From Vitrella brassicaformis CCMP3155 (taxonomy: Eukaryota > Protista > Chromerida): DNA of 64,000 nt. The DNA lies in the NCBI GenBank assembly GCA_001179505.1, contig CDMY01000255.1, positions 62,001-126,000 of the forward strand, read 5' to 3'. Both the position numbers and the translations under genes were made by a program. Shown in pieces: positions 59,479-64,000 of the stretch; position 1 is the first letter of the stretch; each line of letters starts with the position of its first letter. The notes beneath the pieces are model-generated. The model did no database searches and had not been told where the DNA came from. It worked only from the letters and a program-made list of their open reading frames with translations.

Positions 59479-60740
59479 TCAGTCGGTCAGTCGTTTTTTC
59501 TCAACCCTGATAGCCATCCAGAACCTGTCCTCCACCTCTGGCGGATACAGCACATCCCACCACACTATGGCGGTCTTTCCCTCCCTTCCACTGCTCTCGT
59601 TATGTGTCTTCACGGCCCGCTCCACCAGCTTCATGATGTCGTACTGATGGCACTTGCGATGCCCAGATGCCGACAGGGCCACAGGGCCGCTGTCGGCAGA
59701 GGAGGGAGGGGCGGGGGAGGGGGAGGGGGAAGGTGGGCTGCTTGCGGCCGTGTGGTCATCTTGGTACTTGGGATGCCGCCGCAGTGCTTCTTGTGGCGGC
59801 CTGCCGTGCTCCAAGAGCAGCATCTGGCCACCTGGACGACACACCCTGAGTGCAAGAGACCGACAGACACAAATGCACCTCCCTGTTTGGTTTTGGCTTC
59901 CACTTCGTTCACCTGAGCAGGTCCATGAGCAGCAGGTGCGGCTCCTCCAGGCAGCACAGCACCTCACAGCTGACCACCGAGTCGAAGGCCTCGGCTGGGA
60001 ATGGCAGCGGCAGACCGGCCGTGTCCTCAACATTGACGTTCACAAATCGGAAAGGCACCGCGCGTTCGGATAGCTTCAGCAGAAGGCTGCGGTGTGAGAT
60101 GGCCTCGGTGCCTGTGAGCTGGCAGGGGGACTTCCGGCGCATCATGCGTGTCGGATGCAGCGGGTCGAAGTCAGCCGGCAGCTGCATGGGCTTCCGGTCG
60201 ACGGCTGTGAGGGAGCTGACCTGAGCCATGTCGTAGTGGCCCAACGACGGCGCTGATTCACCAATCCCAACTTCTAGAACGTCGCCTTTTGCTCGCCGAT
60301 AGAGATCCTTCTCAACGGCCTGCACATCACAGAACACTCATACAACGCAAGTGTGCCTCTGTTGGTACCTCTTTACCTTTTTCTGCTGAATGCATTCGGC
60401 CCATTCCAGGAACCTCCTCTCCTCACCTGTCAGCTCAGGGGACAGATCCCACCTCACATCAGCGTCACCTCTGGGCTGCCCAGCATGCTGAAATGGTGGC
60501 ACGGACTGCTTCGCAGGCATGCCGGCATCCACTTTCTTCCCATTACTCTCACAGAGAGCTGTTGTGGTGGGACGCAGGACACTCATGAGGGGGAGGGCTG
60601 CTGCTGCTGTGACGCAGGTGACCGTTGAAAAGCGGCTGCTCGTTGTGGAGAAAGGCCTCCTTGAGCGTGGCCTCGTGGACGCGTGAAAGATCTACACGGA
60701 TGATCCGTCGATTCATCGGTATGATTTCATCCTTTTTCAT
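59479..60740 (-). CDS. class I SAM-dependent methyltransferase (METTL7/Oms1/UbiE-like)
   Basis: AKGDVLEVGIGE (motif I), LTAVD, LPFPAEAFDSVVSCEVLCCLEEPHLLLMDLLR|VCRPGGQMLLLEHG. The 5' exons are approximate. Confidence 0.8.
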
Positions 60741-60960
60741 TCACCTTGAAAAGCAGCCGGACGCTGCGCATCTGCTGCGGTTCTCTTGTCCCTTTGCTTC
60801 ACTCATCACCTTTTGAGCTCGCAAGTCCGATCAGTAGCTCGCAGAGGCAAGCAGCAGAAACAAATGACCGAAACGGCAAACACACATCTGCACAGAGGTA
60901 GGACAGGCAGATTTGTGAAGCAAAAGCCAAAACATCGAAGCATCTGTCATCCCTGATGGC

Positions 60961-61323
60961 TGTGTTCATTGTGCAGACGGACTGACGCAGTAAGTGACGC
61001 ACAGATTCAAGCATTGCTCGGCGGATTGTCGCACCAGCGAGGTACAACCGATACATTCTACAACAATCATCTTTCATCATCCTTATGGCTGTTTTCACTG
61101 TGCAGGCGAGACTGGCTGAATGAGTGACGTATAGGGACTGCATTGCTCAGCGGAGTGTCGCAACGGCGAGGTACAACAGATGCACTATAACTTCGTGCTC
61201 TGTCAGCCTTCACTCTCAGTATTTGTGTGTTCACTGTGCAGACGAGAGTGGGAGATGGACTGAGTGAATGAGTGACAAAAGGCCTGTATCCCAAGGCGCA
61301 CTGTCGCGGCAGCAAGGTACGAC
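60961..61323 (+). repeat. three degenerate tandem acceptor-exon-donor cassettes upstream of the NBAS-like gene
   Basis: Units run TGTGCAG|...AGTGAC...TGTCGC...AG|GTAC with exon-like parts at 60977-61041, 61106-61170 and 61242-61316. Confidence 0.8.
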
Positions 61324-64000
61324 AGGAATGCTACAAACTGGTGCTGTGTCAATGAATGTCATGTCTGTGGCTCGTTGGGTCTGCTGTATGAAGCTCTGAG
61401 ATTTGGAAGGAAGCACTACGGGATTTCACTCATCTGCCCTGGAGCTACACTCAAGCAATAAGGTGAGAGACTGACAGGCAACTATCCGCCTGCCCACACA
61501 GCGTCTTGGCCCATCCTTTGTTTCCCTCTGTGCGTGTCTGCAGGCTGTGGCTGTCAACACCACACACATGGAGGCCGCCATCCCTTACTGGGACACTACC
61601 GTCATTGACACATATGACGACCCATCGGCTGACGCGCCATCCGCAGAGGGACTGTGCATCCAACTCGCGCAGACCCTGGGCCTGCTCCAGCCCTCCCCTC
61701 CCATCCTCCCGGGAGCAAACCTATGCGGCCACGGCGACAACAGGGTGCTTGTCGTGTGGCGCGGAGGCGTTTTGTGGCTTTATCGGCACGCGAGCGACCG
61801 GCCAAAGGGCTTCCATCGGCCCTACAGGCTGCAGCTGACCGAGGACATCGTGTGGGCCCATTTCTTCCCGAAAGCTCAGTTCCTCGCCATCATGGGCCAG
61901 GATCGCAACCTGCTCCTGCTAAAACTGCGCTTTGTGGCGGGGTCGATGGAGGACGACACGGGGCGTGCGGCTGCGCCGAGGATGGGCATCGTGAGGACCT
62001 TTCACCATCGGGCTGATCGGCTCGTGGCATGCCACGCCATCGACGCGCAAGATGGCGATCCGCACGTGTGTGTTGCGAGGGCGCCATGTCGGCTGGAGTG
62101 CATCCACCTGTCGGCACTGCAGAATGTCTTGTCAAGCGGCGATCGCAACAGGGATGATCCACCCGGGTCCAGCACGTTGCCGACTCCCCTGGACCCGAGC
62201 TGCATCCAGACACTGGACTGCAGCCGAGCGCCGTGGCCCCACTTTGGCGAGGCCCTGTCTGACTGCGCCCCTCCTCTGCCCTTCCCCTCTTCCCTCCCCA
62301 CCCCTCTCGCGCTCATCCCGCCCACGCCCCGTGCCCCCCGCCCCTCCCTGCTGCTGGCCGGCGTCACTGATCGAGGCCGATGGACCCTCTTCTGCCAGCC
62401 GGTGAAGCGCGACACATCGACTCCGTCTGATGACGACGCCTCGCGTCATGATTCGAGTGAACCGCCCCCTCCCGCGGCCAGGGGGAAGCTGCTGCCGATG
62501 GTGCCCCTGAGAGCCCTGAGAGCTGAGGCCGCCACACAGAGAGGAGCAGTGGAGATAGGTGGCGGGCAGGCAGTTGGCGGAGATAGGGGACTCGACGACG
62601 AGGATGGGAGGCGTCGGCCGCCGGCTATTGTGCATGTTGCATCGAGTCCATCCGGAGGGGCAGTCGCTGCCGTGCTGGGCACCTCAGAGATGCTTTTCTG
62701 GAGGAAGGACGACAGGGCGGGCTACGTGCCCTCCCTCTATATTTCTGCGGCTACGTTGAGGCGGCTGAGGGGCCGAGCTGCTGCAAAAACTGACACGGAG
62801 GCAGGGGGAGAGCAGGATGTCGACGTGGATGATGCGGACGATGAGTCAACGCCGCTATGGTTCTTGCAAGGCGTCTTCTTCTGGAGTGAGGATGTGCTCA
62901 CGTGTCTGTTCTCCAACGAGCGGCCACCAACCCTATCGCCAACAGAGTACCTCCGCAGGGCCAGACGGCCGTTTTCCTCCCAGCCGCCTTTGATATCGAC
63001 CCAGCTACTCTCACTCACCCTCCCATCTCTTTCTCTTGCTGCCCCTCCGTCACAAAGCGCCCTCCAAGCATTCCCGGCCTCAGTGCTGGTCTCTGCTGCC
63101 TTTGGGAGGCAACAAGACGGCAGCGATCCGACTGGCTCGTCGCTGTTTGTGCTGACAGCCCACCTGCGCCCTGTTGCTGCCGACGAGGGCGAGGATGCTG
63201 ATGTGGAGGATGACGCGGGGGGAGAGTTCACGTTAACGCATGTTCGCGCCCTCACACTTGACTTGTGGGTGGAAGGAGCGGTCCGCGACGGCCGGTGGGA
63301 GTCGGCAGAGAAGGTCTGCCGGGACCAGGGACGGCACGATCTGTGCGACCGAGTGCTGAAGGCACGCTGGCTGGCGGGGCCGGGGAAGCGGCCGCCGGCA
63401 GTGTCCACAATGGAGGACTTCTGGGCCGTTCTCCGCGTCCACGATCTGATATGGCTGGCGCACCAAGCTCTCGAGTTTGATCCAACCAGGCGGGCCAAGG
63501 AGGGTGGTGACACGAGTCGGTCGCTGGAGCTCGGCAAGGTGCGTCTGCTGCTGGAGCACGTGATGCAGCGGCTGCGCAAGACCACTCTCGGAGGCCCGCT
63601 GGGCGACCTGAAGGTCAAGGTGCAGGCGTACCTGTCGCGTCTCGACTCGTACCAACAGATCCTCAACAAGGCCGCATCGGGCGAGACGATGCTCGACCCA
63701 CTGGCGCCGCCGCCCTCAGCTGCCGAGAGCGGGGCAAGCGAGGCGACACTGTCGTGGTCGGAGTTCCGCGATATCACTCCGGCCAAGGCTGCCAAGCTGG
63801 CTGCATCCAAGGGCGACCTGACCATCTTGCGCGTCCTCGTCAAGCGGCACGGCCCCGAGTTCCAGCGGATGACATCGGGGTGGGAGGGCATCCTTGACGC
63901 ACTGCCCGAGACGCTGCCCGTGAAAGACATCGCCGACCTCTTGCCGTGCCCTCCAGTGCCTGTGGTGACAACTGGGTCACAGTCCGCCAAGCCCATTCTC
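61268..64000 (+). CDS. NBAS: NBAS/Sec39 (NRZ/Dsl1 tether)-like protein, 5' part, continuing beyond the window
   Basis: An open frame runs from 61544 to the window end. VRDGRWESAEKVCRDQGRHDLCDRVLKARW and WSEFRDITPAKAAKLAASKGDLTILRVLVKRHG...ILDALPETLPVKDIADLLP match the recalled NBAS/Sec39 consensus (FR...A...A...IL...PET...LLP). The start codon is tentative. Confidence 0.75.

Noticed and set aside
62737-63996. 419-aa minus-strand ORF
   Set aside because: It is the antisense shadow of the GC3-rich NBAS-like frame on the plus strand, which the track omits because it has no stop inside the window.
1-64000. CRISPR arrays, rRNA/tRNA genes or autonomous transposons
   Set aside because: No regularly spaced repeat-spacer array, no recognisable rRNA or tRNA cloverleaf, and no RT, integrase or transposase motifs were seen. 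The (CA)n, (CT)n, (GACA)n, (CCAT)n and (GAGT)n runs are ordinary microsatellites.
37132-64000. VSR, ERD2 and NBAS as a secretory-pathway gene cluster
   Set aside because: They are separated by many unrelated genes, and such housekeeping functions are common enough to co-occur by chance.

Overview
GC-rich, intron-dense eukaryotic genomic DNA. It has short GT-AG introns with TG/CA microsatellites and alveolate-type genes. The gene families and intron style suggest a chromerid such as Vitrella brassicaformis, which is an inference. There is one 300-N gap. About 20 spliced genes could be assembled by hand: a myristoylated CDPK, two lineage-expanded family genes plus ankyrin-gene pseudogene fragments, a GT43-like glycosyltransferase, two PPPDE/DeSI peptidases, BOP1, RPL32, MIOS/Sea4, a SemiSWEET-like PQ-loop protein, LanC-like protein, a secreted protein, a VSR-like receptor, an OCRE-PP2C, a His-rich protein, an F-box-like protein, WDR18/Ipi3, an ERD2-like receptor, a SAM methyltransferase and the 5' part of an NBAS/Sec39-like gene. 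The main hidden signal is a five-exon iodothyronine-deiodinase-like gene (45068-46236, minus strand). The ORF track splits it at an in-frame TGA that falls exactly on the deiodinase selenocysteine position (FGSVT-U-PP). A canonical type II SECIS hairpin lies about 76 nt downstream of the true stop, so this is very probably a selenoprotein missed by stop-codon-based ORF calling. Other notable signals are an 8-mer AGCTCGCA concentrated just upstream of gene starts, a 42-bp near-perfect hairpin upstream of the CDPK, duplicated splice cassettes and an apparent frameshifted exon.
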